Position numbers and translations under genes: made by a program
Shown: piece after piece, positions 52,312 through 64,000 of the stretch
How the letters are laid out: every line of letters starts with the position of its first letter
Numbering within the stretch: the first letter of the stretch is position 1
NCBI RefSeq assembly: GCF_964188315.1
Contig: NC_135659.1
Span: forward strand, 52,204,001 to 52,268,000
DNA: 64,000 nucleotides
Source: Podarcis muralis
Lineage: Eukaryota
Direction of reading: 5' to 3'
The notes under the pieces: generated by a model
Database searches by the model: none
Seen by the model: only the letters and a program-made list of their open reading frames with translations
What the model was told of the DNA's origin: nothing

Positions 52312-54414
52312 CTGTAAGCAGAGGGAAACAGTTGATTCAGCCCAAACTGATAGGAAAAGGGTTGGATGAAGTTCTTTCCAAAACTCCTCTTCCTGGTTTG
52401 GGTCTTTTTTTTCTTTGTGTAAGGTACCAAACAAGCTGACCTGTTGATATACCAAATCTGAGAGAACATGAACCCCCATGTAGAAATAAGAGTTGGTGCT
52501 GCCTTCTCCCAGCTCTGTTGGTCTGCACATGTGGGTAGGAAGAAAGATAAGGTCCCTAGCTCCCATAACTATTGCAACTTTTTCTGTCGTCCATTCGGGA
52601 GTAAGGAGTGCGGTGGTACGGTTATCTAGGGTAGAGATGCCTGCTTGGCTGTTCCTCACTTGCTGGGCCGTCTGGAGTTAGGCAACAATGGTGTAAGTTA
52701 CTGTGTCAGAGAAGCTAAAGTAGTCTGCAAGATGAATCTGTTACTAAAAATCTGTCAAGGTACAATATTAGGAGGTGGAAGCCAGGGCTACTAGACTGAA
52801 AACATTCTGCCTATGCCCTCATGAAAATGTCTCATGATCAGTTCTCATTCCCCAACACAGCGTTCATTTAAAATCCATTTCTAGCATCAAACACAGGCAG
52901 GGAAGCAGCTCTCTTAGATCAGGGACAGTGTCAGGTTCTGATTGCAGCAGGAATCTCACCATAACATCACTTCTCACTCACTTCACAGGACCAGTCATCT
53001 CTTTGCAGGGAGTTTTATCTCCTGGACCAGATGAAGCAACGACTCTTCTCTGAGGAGAACTGAAAGCCCTGTTGTTGATTTTTCAGTGAAGGAATTTCAA
53101 AGGTCTCAGTTCACTCCCAATAAAAAATACCATGATATTTAGCCTGCGCCTCAGTGTTCACAAATCATAACAATATCTGCCTTAATTAAATCTGTTAAAG
53201 AGAAAGAGGACACCCTTTGGGATGTAGATTTAGTGTGAGACTGTTTATCAAGTGTAGATAATGCTAATTGTTCCCATGGAGACTTATCAGCGGTGCTCGT
53301 TAGATTATTAGGTTTTGGCCTGGCATCCTGTACACTTGAATTAAGCAGCTCAGCACAGGTGGGTGGGGGAGTGTCCTGTTTGCAAAGTTGCTGCTGCTCC
53401 TGGGCCAGCTGCTCCTGGGCCAGCTACTCTGTTGGCACTTGTGCATGGCCTGGACATCTAATACTGTCTACAGGAAGAAGAAAGCTCATTTACACCCGTT
53501 GCGTTTGCATGGCTGCTCCTCAGCTAGTGAGCCGCTAACACCATCTGCTCCTGTGCCTCATCATGGCAAACCCATGGCAGCAACTGCTGTCAACTCTCTG
53601 CTTACGTCAGCAAAATCTGGCAACTACGTTTTGAAGCCCACACTATGCAACCGTTTTGATGATGGTTCCAAGGCAGCTCTGACCATACAGCATTAGGAAC
53701 GAGTCCAAAGAACTAGCCTTTTATGAACAAATTCCCCGCACAGAATCCTCCTGCTGTCACGAGTGCTTACTTATCTCTGTCATGTTGCTAGCGACCACAG
53801 GCAGAGCAGCACACTATGGTGCCCTGTTGGGTTCTAGAGGTATCTCTATCCTGCCCTAAGTGTAATTCTTCCTGTGTTCTGAACAAAAATGCTTCATGAT
53901 CAGCAGTAGGATCAAACCATTTTGCCTGGAATGCAGGGGGTTTGGGCTCCTAATTGTAGTCTGTTCTGAGCAGAAGATTGTGCCAGTGCCCAGAATGAAT
54001 TCCTCACTCCACCGTGCAGGACTCATGGGAAACCAATTCCCATACAGCTAGAGTAACATTTAAAGGGCACATATGAGTCTTCAAAATCGTCAAGGGAATC
54101 AAGAGGTTTGGTCTGGAAATGTACCAGTTTTTAACTCATTTCTAAAGACTTGCCTGCTGATTTACCATGCTTGGTGATCTAGAGTAAAGGAAACAAGTAT
54201 CAGGACTCTAGGGTACCCAGGACAAGGGGGTGTCCACACTTCTTACATCCTGACTCAAGCCCCCTGGTGTTTCTCCGGATTTGGTTGCTCAGCTTACATA
54301 ACTGGGTTGATGAAAGCAAGACTCTTGGTCTGAAGGTCCCTGAGACAGACTTTCTAATTTCTTCCTTACTGCACATTAATCGGGTCCCCATACATGACAG
54401 ACATATTCCCTTAC

Positions 54415-54512
54415 CTTGAAAGGAACTGCAGATTTGTAAGAGTCTGGAACCTCCCAGCTAAGTAGCACTGATGTTTTCATCACAGCACTGACACGAAAGT
54501 TCTTTGCAAACA
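54415..54512 (-). CDS. PTPRF: PTPRF FNIII exon: (V)[32 protein letters not shown]
   Basis: CAG|TG acceptor, AAG|GTAAG donor, 98 nt, phase 1 to 0. Confidence 0.95.
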
Positions 54513-55132
54513 CTGCAATTAGAAAGAATCCTTTTGAGTGGCCCCTGTGAGGCAACACTGGACAACTAACCCTTTCCCTTCCACTCTTCTCAGTAGCAGC
54601 AAAATTTGGTGTTTTCCTGTAGATTCAATAAGCCTTCTCGCACCTTAGGACACTTAAGCTTTTTGACCAAACTGTGTTGCCACCTTCCCCTCTTTGTCAT
54701 AGACTGTGTACAAACTATATATTTAAAGCACGTTCAAAGTATATTCTTTCTCTGGGCCCTGTAGTTTGTTATGGGTTGCTAGGATTTTTAACACTGCAAG
54801 AGGTAAACTACAGTGCCCTGAATTCTTTGAGGAAAATAATGTGTTCCGATTGTACTTTAAAGGTATAGTGTGTACACAGCAATCTTCAAAAGGTAGCAGT
54901 TATGAGGCACTGTTTCTTCACAGAAGCTGCCTGTTCAGTTTGCACCAAAGCAACAATTCTTATCTGGAAACAGAAAATGGGGTATGTGTTTGAAAAAACA
55001 AATGCAGTCATGCAAACTCCATGCCCCCCCATCCAAAAAATTGTAAGCTCAGGAAGGTAAGACTGACCAGGTCATCTCTGACCTGTTTTCTGCCATAGAG
55101 GTTCATTAACTGATCACAGGGGAGGCGCTTAC

Positions 55133-55711
55133 CTTGTTCCATCGGCATCGTCCTAGACTGAATGCTGGGGCTGAGAGGGCCAGCTCCCTTGTTAGTGTGG
55201 GCTCTAACTTTGATGTCATAGGTTGTGTCAGGTTTGAGGTTGGTCAGAGTGATGCTCGTTTCCCTCGTAACATTGGTCAGGTTCTGCTGGCTGTTAATGT
55301 CTCTGTACACAACTGTGTAGTTGGTCATTTTCCCATTCCTCTCTGCCAGAAGTGGAGGCTCCCAAGTCACTTTAGTGGTGGAGGTGGTCAGCCCCACCAC
55401 GTGCAGGTTCTGGGGGAAACCGCTTGGCGCCTCCTCTGCGGTAGTGATTTCTTTTTCAAACTCCTCCCCAAGACCAACCCTATTCTTGGCAGCCAGCTTG
55501 AAGATGTAGGTGGCACCCTTGTAAAGGTCAGTCACGGTGAAGTGATCCACGTTCTTCTCAAAGTTCATAATCCTCATCTTCTCCTCCTCAGCATGTTTGA
55601 ACTGCAGCTGGTAGCCCAGCAGCTCCCCAACCATCTCTTTAGGTGGGTGCCAATTGATCAGAGCTGTATTCATGGCTGTGGTGCTGATCATCATGGTAGG
55701 CTTGCCTGGGA
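55133..55711 (-). CDS. PTPRF: PTPRF FNIII-6/7 exon: (V)PGKPTMMISTTAMNTALINWHPP...SPSIQSRTMPMEQ
   Basis: CAG|TC acceptor, G|GTAAG donor, 579 nt, phase 1 to 1. Encodes two FNIII repeats. Confidence 0.96.
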
Positions 55712-57688
55712 CTGTGGAACAAAAACAGGGTGATATGCCATAAGTGGGAGGGAGACAGAGTTCTGGCCTTTTCACTGCTGGAGTTGCTCACTCGGGAAAT
55801 TTATCTACCTGCTAAGGAATATCAGCTAGCACAGCACTCCCTATCAATTTGGCGACAGATTACAGATGAAAGATCAATATGTTTGAATGCTTCCCCACAT
55901 TAAAATTAGCTGCACACAAAAAAGCAGCATATCTGGGAGAAGACTTTTCCTTTGCATGCTTTCCACAGGCAGGGAGTTTACAGGGGCAATGTCCAAAAAG
56001 GCAAACCACCTGCAATTTGAAGTGGTTCAGTCCAGAAACAACTGCACTGTATTTATGAACATATCAGTGTTTACTCTTCCAGGTCCTCCAAATTCCACAA
56101 TTAAACAACAGCAACAAAACAAAATCCAAATTTTATAATGGAAAAAAAACTAATTTCTACATGGCTACATTTCACAAATATCCTTAACCTATATGTTTGT
56201 CTGTAAAATGTGCCTGACTTGATCATAAGATCTGATTTCTTTTGGGGAGGGGAGTTGAGAACCCTATAGTGGAAGCTATAGGATCTTAAAGGAATAGGGA
56301 TGAATAAGATTATCACAAATGCCACACTTTGTGCAAGCTTCTGAAGGAATTTTGTCAGCTGCTATATTTTGTGAAAACCTTTGTGCCTGCAGTTTGCAAA
56401 CACTGATAATGCAGGATGTCAGTAGGTGATGGACTGAAATTCAGATGGAACCAAACCCTGGGGCAAATTATTTAAACAGCTAATCCCTAACTTCTATAGT
56501 GTAAATTATTCCAAATGTAACTATTTCCAAAATTGCAATGAAAAATAACACTGTGATGGATACTGTCTTCAAAACTTCCTTGTATCTGACTCTTAAATCT
56601 CATCATACTTCCACAACCACTCCTTGAATCTTGCCATTTGCAGAAGCAAGCCTAGAGAAAGTAGATTTGGGACAGTATGATAAAGAAAGTGAAAGGTAAT
56701 GCCATAAGATAAGAAATCAGGGCTTTAATATAAGATGTTGCAGAGAAGCCCAGACTCAAAACTGGAATCTCCGCTAGTTTGATGCAGGCAATTTTCATAG
56801 CAATCTTTATAATTTCACCACCTGTGCGAGCTGTTGAGAGCATAGCATGCTGTTTGCAATCAAAATGTGCTGTGTTTGAGCTGATGAACTGGTTCCTGCT
56901 AGGAATGTTGATGTGATGGCTGAGCAGCAACAGGATTCCAAATCTCATATATGTAGCACAAATTAAGGGCTGCTCCCTTCAAAGCTTAACACCTGCTGTA
57001 TAAAATGGATGGTTTCATATCTCCGTTCCACCCACAACAGAGACACATCCTTCCCCCAAATCAGGGGAGATTGACGTGTAAATCCATCAACAACAAAACT
57101 ATTCAGTATCAGCAGAGTGCCAAGATAACCATTATCCTGTGCCAGACTGTGGCACTCAGAGCAAATTCACAATAGCATAGTGGTATTCTGGATTTGGGGT
57201 GAGCTGATTTGACTAAGCTGTGATGAAGCTGCCACGTGAATGTCATGGTATTTTGCCAATTCAAGGCAGAGGCATTTCCCAGCATCTATTAGCCATGGTA
57301 ACTATGAGCAGAAGCGGTACAGTTCCAAATGTCAGATACTTGGGATGAACATGAGATGGTCATTGTTCTCCTGCTCTGCTTGTGGCTCCCCAGAGACATC
57401 TGACTGACTGCTGTTAACATGGCATGCCAGAATGCCTGCAAATTATCTCCATTGTAGTAAAATTGTAATGTGTGAAGCGGTTCTTAAAGAGAGGACGTTT
57501 CCATTCTTCTACTTGCTTCTCCATCACCTGCAGTTCAGTCTGCAAAACAAGGGGTTCGAGGGTACAGGTGCTTTTTTCACCTTCCTAACACTTCTTAAGA
57601 TTAAAATTTCTGTCATCTTTGATTTTGGAGCTCAAAATATTAGAGTAGATTTGCTTATCAAAGATGTGTTGTAGTACTATTGGCTCAC

Positions 57689-57806
57689 CTGCTCCACTTG
57701 TAGTAACCACCTTGTCCCTGCTGCGGGCCCCATCCCCTTTGGTGGTGTAGGCTGCGATGCTGATAGAATAGGTTGTTTCAGGTAAAAGGCCTCCTATGAG
57801 GGTTTC
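57689..57806 (-). CDS. PTPRF: PTPRF FNIII-5 C-terminal exon: [39 protein letters not shown]
   Basis: CAG|GAA acceptor, G|GTGAG donor, 118 nt, phase 0 to 1. Read manually. Confidence 0.95.
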
Positions 57807-58569
57807 CTGTGGGAAACAGACATTTTTAGCTCGTTATCAAATTAAGGAAGGCAGGAATATAAGAGCATTTCTTTACTTTGGATATTTGACCCATTTAGTT
57901 TCAAAACACACAAGAAGGAAAACTGACCCTGAAGTTATATTAACTTTTTAATGAGATTACTTTGGATACAGGGCCTCCATCTCTCGCATCACTGATGACA
58001 AGTGAAAGTTGCATTGAGAAAACATGTTCCTAGGTTGGTTGATGCAATCCAGTGTTTTCTGGCCTCTGTGAAGTAAGCCAGGGTATGTTTTGTCATAGGC
58101 TACTTTTGTTGTGTTTCCTGTGCACCTCCCTTTGCCAGAAAGCACCCATTTTCACTAAATCATGTGAACAAATCCACACATTTTTTCCTATTTCCAACAT
58201 GGGATAAAAGGGTTGGTTTGTCTGGAGCAGCTTGTCAAACTCAACACTTGCAATTGCAGCAGTCGTTAGTTGCAGCCCAATTTCTAGACAAATTGCCCAG
58301 CATATAATTCTGGATAGCCAAGGATGTTCACTGCAAGAAACAGGGATCCAACAAAATACACCAAACTGAAGTGGGAAGGGAAGAACAACTTTCCCACAAC
58401 TTCTACCACAAGTGAACTTGTTACTGGTCAAAGGACAACCAAGGGCTACTGAGTAGTTTCACCATTTCCATCCCGGCAAGACTGCCAGAAAGGGAAGATC
58501 AAGCTGGTGCTAACTGGAAGTAAATGTCTGTTAACAATTAATCTCTTTTTGTTCTGGTACTGACAAACC

Positions 58570-58609
<40 letters not shown>

Positions 58610-58700
58610 TACCCCATCCATCTGGCTGGGTTTCCCCAGCCACTTTAAAAGGCTTACAGCATATATAAAAATCAAACATTTAAAACTTCCCTCCACTTGC
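58570..58700 (-). mobile_element. L2 LINE 3' end with (AAT)13 tail (58570-58608)
   Basis: Microsatellite tail adjacent to ataccccatccatctggctgggtttccccagccact, an L2-type terminus in reverse orientation. Confidence 0.7.
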
Positions 58701-60701
58701 CTTCCCTTGTTGTCTTGTCTTTTAGTCTCTGAGCCTGGCAAGGTTCTGTGTCTTATTTTCACTTATGAACAGCACCTTCCAGCAGCATCATATATTGAAT
58801 TTTAATTGTCATGAGATGCTTATCGGAGACAAAGTGTTTCCTCATATCAACAGGCCACAAACAAGCACATTCTTTTGCTATACCCGGCAGGGCAAACTGC
58901 TATGCAGTCATGTAATAAGGGCATGAAGCAGTCTTCTCTGTTCATAGTGCTGCCATTTACCCCACAGATACATGGGCAAAAGATGAAAAGGACTGGTTGT
59001 AAACCTATTGTAACAAGAAAGTAGCAGCCCTTCCATCACAGTTAAAGTGTTAACTTCAGTACATATAACAGAACAGAAGCAGACCACTCACTTGTCCCTT
59101 CCAGCAGAAGGCCCTGGGATGAGCAACAATATAGCTAGTGGATCTGCCACTTGCCATAACATGCTCACCAACCACGGTATTCAAGAGTCTTGCTTCTTAA
59201 AAATAAACTACCCATGCTACATACATCAGGAAACATGTAAGGTGAGAGAGCAAGCATAAAATTATACACAAAACAAAGGCCACAGGATCTATAGGCCACA
59301 GGATCTGTTACCTTCTCAATGGTATTGTCCCCAGCTGTGCAGGCTAGAGACACCAGCAGGGGCAAGTAGCAGTAGGACCTTGAACTATCTCACTGGATCA
59401 TTTGATGGGGTTGGCTTTGTAACCATAAGCCTACTCCAGCTCTTTCAAACCTTCTACATTCTATTGGCAAATATGGACCCTTGTGAAGGACTCCACAGAG
59501 AAAGACCTGCTCAAAGACAACCTCTAGCAGTTTTCTAGTAGAATTTCAACCATTAACCCTTCGCATGAAGGAGTGACTGTTAATGCACAAAAATAAAAAT
59601 GTGATATAACCAGGAATAAATCTGTATTGTGATGGATAGATAGAGCACAATCTCTTCCTAGAACCTTGGTTTGTCAGGGTGCTTTGTTTTTGGCTGTCAT
59701 GTAATTGTTAATTACTTGAATAAAACAAACAAACAAATGTGAATAGGCTTTTTCTCACTGGCAGCCCAGGTAAGTTACAGGATTCAGCCACCTAACCCAG
59801 ATTATTCCTTCATTGCTTTCATTTGCAAACCCAAATTAGCAAACAGAAATCAGAATGACACCAAAATCAGAGTTCAAGTAAGATTTCCTTTTCCCCCTGG
59901 AGTTGTATGAGAGAGCAAAATCAATCAATGGCAATAAATTGATATAGAGGGAGATACTCAAACACACAACACAAAGGCTACGAAAAGATGTAGTCATCAC
60001 CACAGTCCACACAGGAGAGTAATTCTCACACAGGGAAGAGCATGCCACTAGAACAAAGCAAGTTAGGGGGAGAGAGGAAAGAAAGAAGGTGGAATGAGAG
60101 ATACCATACATAGGGCTGTCGCTGCAAACCCCTTCTAAGCAAAGTCCTTCTGCTAAGAGACGAAGGAAGCCACAGCAGGGTATGTAACTTAATCTCTCTT
60201 TCTCCAAAGGTAATTTTCAAGCTTGTTCCTCCAAATTTATATCTCAAAATTACTTGGAAAAATTGAATTTAACTGTTTGAATGTGATTGTGTTCTTATTA
60301 CAGCTTCTGTTTCAACCAAAGGTCACAGCTGAGAGAACAGGGTATTTTTCACGACTGGGATCAATGAGGTTTAAAGATTACATACAGATCTGACTCTGCC
60401 ATGTAACGAGCTGGACCAAAGACTGTAGAAAGTGGGCTGCTCCCCCCGCATCTGCCTGAAATTGCATTGCAACAAGCTGGAAATACAGATTATGAAAAAT
60501 GTCAATTGCTTTTCTGCATTTAGCAGCAATCTAAATGCCAATTTGCTCAGGATTTGTGGCTGGTGGAAGCTCCACAGAGCAACTCCCTAGAACCATCTGA
60601 GGATTGACAGGGGTGTTTTGACAGCACTATGCACACAGATTTCACAAAATGATCCTCAGACCCATCTGATCCAAGCAAACACTCTAACAAATGGTACTTA
60701 C

Positions 60702-60728
60702 GTGGTCAATAGCGTCCTTAAACCTTAA
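60702..60728 (-). CDS. PTPRF: Probable 27-nt FNIII-5 microexon (meC/LASE-c): LRFKDAIDH
   Basis: TTACTCTTTCCTCCTTCCTGTCCCCCCATCAG|TTAAGGTTTAAGGACGCTATTGACCAC|GTAAGT. Exactly 27 nt, phase 0 to 0, in the intron that splits FNIII-5, with a consensus donor. Confidence 0.78.
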
Positions 60729-62828
60729 CTGATGGGGGGACAGGAAGGAGGAAAGAGTAAGGGAACTGTGATGACAAACTATGGATTATTAACACATGCA
60801 AGCACACACACAAGATTTGGCACTATCTGGACCCCCAAGTGTATCTACTGCTTTCTTCCACAAACACCTCTCTCACACAAAGAATTGTAGCTCTCTTTCT
60901 CTCCGCCCCCCCCCCGCCGAGAACTACAGAAACAACCCCCCTCTTCAAACTGCAGACTATCTAAGGCTGCAATCCTATACACACTAACCTGGGAGTTTGA
61001 TATGTTACATTATGTAGGTACATAGGCTAGCTCTGGACACCAGCTTTAGAAACAACATATTGCTACTGTTAGCAATAAAGGAATTAACAGTAACAAGGAG
61101 AAACACATGTGAAAATAGTATGTTCCTCCTGTAGTGAATGATCCTAGTGGAAATAGGACATAGAAATGTTTTCATGAAATGCTGTGGCTGGGCTCCAGAG
61201 CCTCTGATGAGACAGCACAAGCCAAGAGACTCAAACCAAATCAGGAAAAATGACCCACCAAAGCTTCAGGGCAATACTTGCCCTCCCCCTTCTACCAGCT
61301 GAACCCTTTCAACCATAATTCTCAGACTCCTGTAACCCTCCCTGTTAAGATAAGCAATAGCTGTGTACTGAGATAAGCTTCCTCAAAAACCAGCCAGAGA
61401 AGCAGCATGATCATCAGTGTAATCAATTTCTAAGTTTCTTGCATCAAGCAGAGTTACTTAAATTCTTGCAAAGAGTGCGTTTACCTAAAGTGCATCTTAC
61501 AAAGCAAGCAGATTTATGGTGCACGTCTCATTTACTCATCTCTTTGCCTTCCAAAGCAACATGCTCGGGTTCTGAAGGAAGGCTCACAAGGATTCGCATC
61601 CACCCCACCCCAGGCAGGCAAGTGATCTCATACTACTGAACTGTCTGGCCAGAGGAGCTCTTTGCTACAACTTGCTCTGTAGAAAATGAGTTTGGCAGTG
61701 ACACATATGTTTTCACTGGCAGCAAAACCCAGAAGCAAGCTCTTCAAAACAAGTGAGATCCACAGCTACTAAGGCACCTGCCAGCAGCAAAAGCTGTATT
61801 AGGAAGAAATACCTGAAACTGCTGCAAAGGCAAGATGTCCCATAGAAGTAATCAAGTGAGCCACAGGTTTGTACATGTCCATAGCCCTGCTTTGGAAACT
61901 CCCCCTCCCCTCAATTCTGCTTCCTCCACTTCACAAAATGTACTGCCACTATCTCAATCACTGCCCGCTTCCATTCCCAACAATGGCATTTTTAAAATGT
62001 GTGTCATTGTGTTTTATGAACTTCAGTTTTTCTTGGTATGTATTAAGATTGTAATAATGTTGTCACACTGCAGTTGGTGTGACCAACTGCAGAATGATGA
62101 CGGAACAGCAGGCAGGCAGCCCAGACAGGCAGGTGAGTGACACGGGTGGCAGGTGGTCCGGGCAAGTGGTGTGGGTTGTGGACAGCACAGCTAGTCACAG
62201 AGAAACAGCCAGGGCAGGGCAGGGCAGGGCAGTTCCCCACAACCACAGTTTTGGTGTCAGCAGCACTGGAGGACAATGAGGCAGGAAGCAGCAGCAGAGC
62301 CAAATGTCCGACACTGACCTTTCTGCTGCTGTGCGGCTCACCTGGGCCACCCATGCTGCTTGCCTGGTCTGCCTTCCCCTCTTGCCTGCCTGCTGTTCTG
62401 TTGGGAGGCTGTTGCTGTGGGAAGGAGAGAAAAAGCCTGCATATTAAAATGCAATTTCTTTTTCTCTCTTTGAGTGACAGTGGTGGGACAATTAAAAGGA
62501 AACTTGCAGCAGAGCAGGAGTGCAAAGGTGAGAAAAGACTTTCTCCTCTTCATTTACTTCATTTCACCCTACCAGTGGTGAAGTGTAAAGGGGAGAGGCT
62601 TTGGGTGAGGTTTGGGGGGTTGAGGCGTAAAGTGGAAGAGGGCTGGGGATTTGGAGGGGTGACATGTAGACAAGGCTGGCAAGCAGTGAGAGCAGAGGCG
62701 CAGGCCCAAGTAAAGTAATAGAATCAAACCATGTTTTACAAATGCTTAGGCAACACCTATGCAAAGGGGGATTCAGAGGATGGAGAATTAATAAAAGAAA
62801 GGAGGAGATAGGGAAGAAGACACACTGA

Positions 62829-63011
<183 letters not shown>

Positions 63012-63889
63012 TAACAGTGCAAAGGAGAAGCCATTCTCCTAGGATGAATGAGACACAAAATGGCACAATTATTCAAGACAATGATATGAACATCTATCCT
63101 GTCTGTTCACAGGAACATGAAAATATGCACAGCTGATCACTGTTCAAGAATGTTGCAACCTATGAGGTTACAGTGTGCTACATCAAAGGCTGGTTTCTTG
63201 CTCAGCCATCTACAGGTGAGACTGCAAAGGTGTCTTAGCTTGCTCTGTGTATATCAGAATGTGAGCTCCTCTATCTATATTAAACTTGCTTTCTCTCAAG
63301 CTAATTAATAATTACATTTCTCAGCTGCCTGCTCAGAACTATTCTATCAATAGTTCCCACTCTGGGATCCATTGTGATGAAGAGTGGGTTAGAAATATTA
63401 TAAACAAAAGCAGTAGACTACATCCAAGCCTGTGTGCATTCGATTGATTTCCCTCATGCTTTGAAGTTGTACAGAATTTGGTACTAGAAAGAGATTTCTG
63501 CCTTCCGAGCATTTTAAGCTTTTATTGAAAAAGGAAAAATACACACACAATATTTTGTTTCTAATGGCTGCCAGCCCACTATATTCTTCATTCAAAGCCC
63601 TGCTCCATATCCTGCTGTTTGGGGACATGGGACAGTGGCTTCTTGGTTGTGGTGCCCAAGCTGTACAATTCCTTCCCCAAGAAGCCTGAATAGAGTTTTC
63701 AAGAGTTACATTTTTTTTTTTTTGCTTCACCAAGCTTTTAGCTTGATTTGAGGTTTTTATCCCTGCTGTTCTATATTCTGTTTTATTATTCATCAGTGCT
63801 TGTATTTTTTATTATGTCCGGGGGCCCTTTGTGAAGCTTAAAAATGGGGTATAAATTGTTTAAATAAAGGAAGAAATGTCTGTTTCTTC

Positions 63890-64000
63890 TAGAGCCTTTA
63901 TGGACTGCTGTTGTTTAATTCCTATGTTTTATTCCTGCTATTTTTAATATTTTATGTATTTCTTTTGGATTGTATTTTATTTTACTACTTATTTTTGTAA
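63890..64000 (+). mobile_element. Probable L2 3' UTR, cut by the window edge
   Basis: T-rich stretch ending in tttttgtaa, similar to the L2 end at 41230-41260. Confidence 0.35.

Noticed and set aside
59850-59900. Additional acceptor-like site TTTTGCTCTCTCATACAACTCCAG|GGGGAAAAG (GEKEILLEL*)
   Set aside because: No convincing donor or minus-strand polyA signal nearby.
62137-62718. 193-aa plus-strand ORF and 160-aa minus-strand ORF in a GC-rich block
   Set aside because: Low-complexity composition explains the lack of stops; no domain recognised. Only the internal 73-nt splice unit is kept as a candidate.

Overview
Eukaryotic (vertebrate) genomic DNA, inferred to be a squamate and probably a lacertid lizard because it carries Sauria SINEs, RTE, CR1 and L2 LINE fragments and squamate-type MITEs. 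The window holds the 3' portion of PTPRF (LAR, type IIa receptor tyrosine phosphatase) on the minus strand. I mapped 20 constitutive coding exons between 8790 and 57806 (3372 nt = 1123 aa + stop). All have AG/GT boundaries and consistent phases. They encode the C-terminal half of FNIII-5, FNIII-6 to -8, the furin site, the TM helix, the wedge, catalytic D1 and pseudo-catalytic D2. The 3' UTR runs to about 7320-7345. The 5' exons lie beyond 64000, and 1-7300 looks intergenic. Most items in the ORF track are chance ORFs or exon-plus-intron read-throughs. Features the ORF track does not show: three in-frame microexons at the known LAR-family alternative-splicing positions (33 nt at 41925-41957, 12 nt at 46015-46026, and 27 nt at 60702-60728 with a peptide that differs strongly from the mammalian one as I recall it). 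There are also several unannotated candidate cassette or poison microexons (14 nt after the wedge exon; 18, 22, 23/32, 43 and 73 nt in the FNIII-5 intron), a 360-nt in-frame exon extension, an RT-less internally deleted RTE element and a fold-back retroposon insertion. I found no evidence for a wholly new biological system. The best lead is a possibly richer splicing cluster in the FNIII-5 intron, and it needs RNA-seq and conservation data to confirm. Comparisons with other species are from memory, not from a database search.
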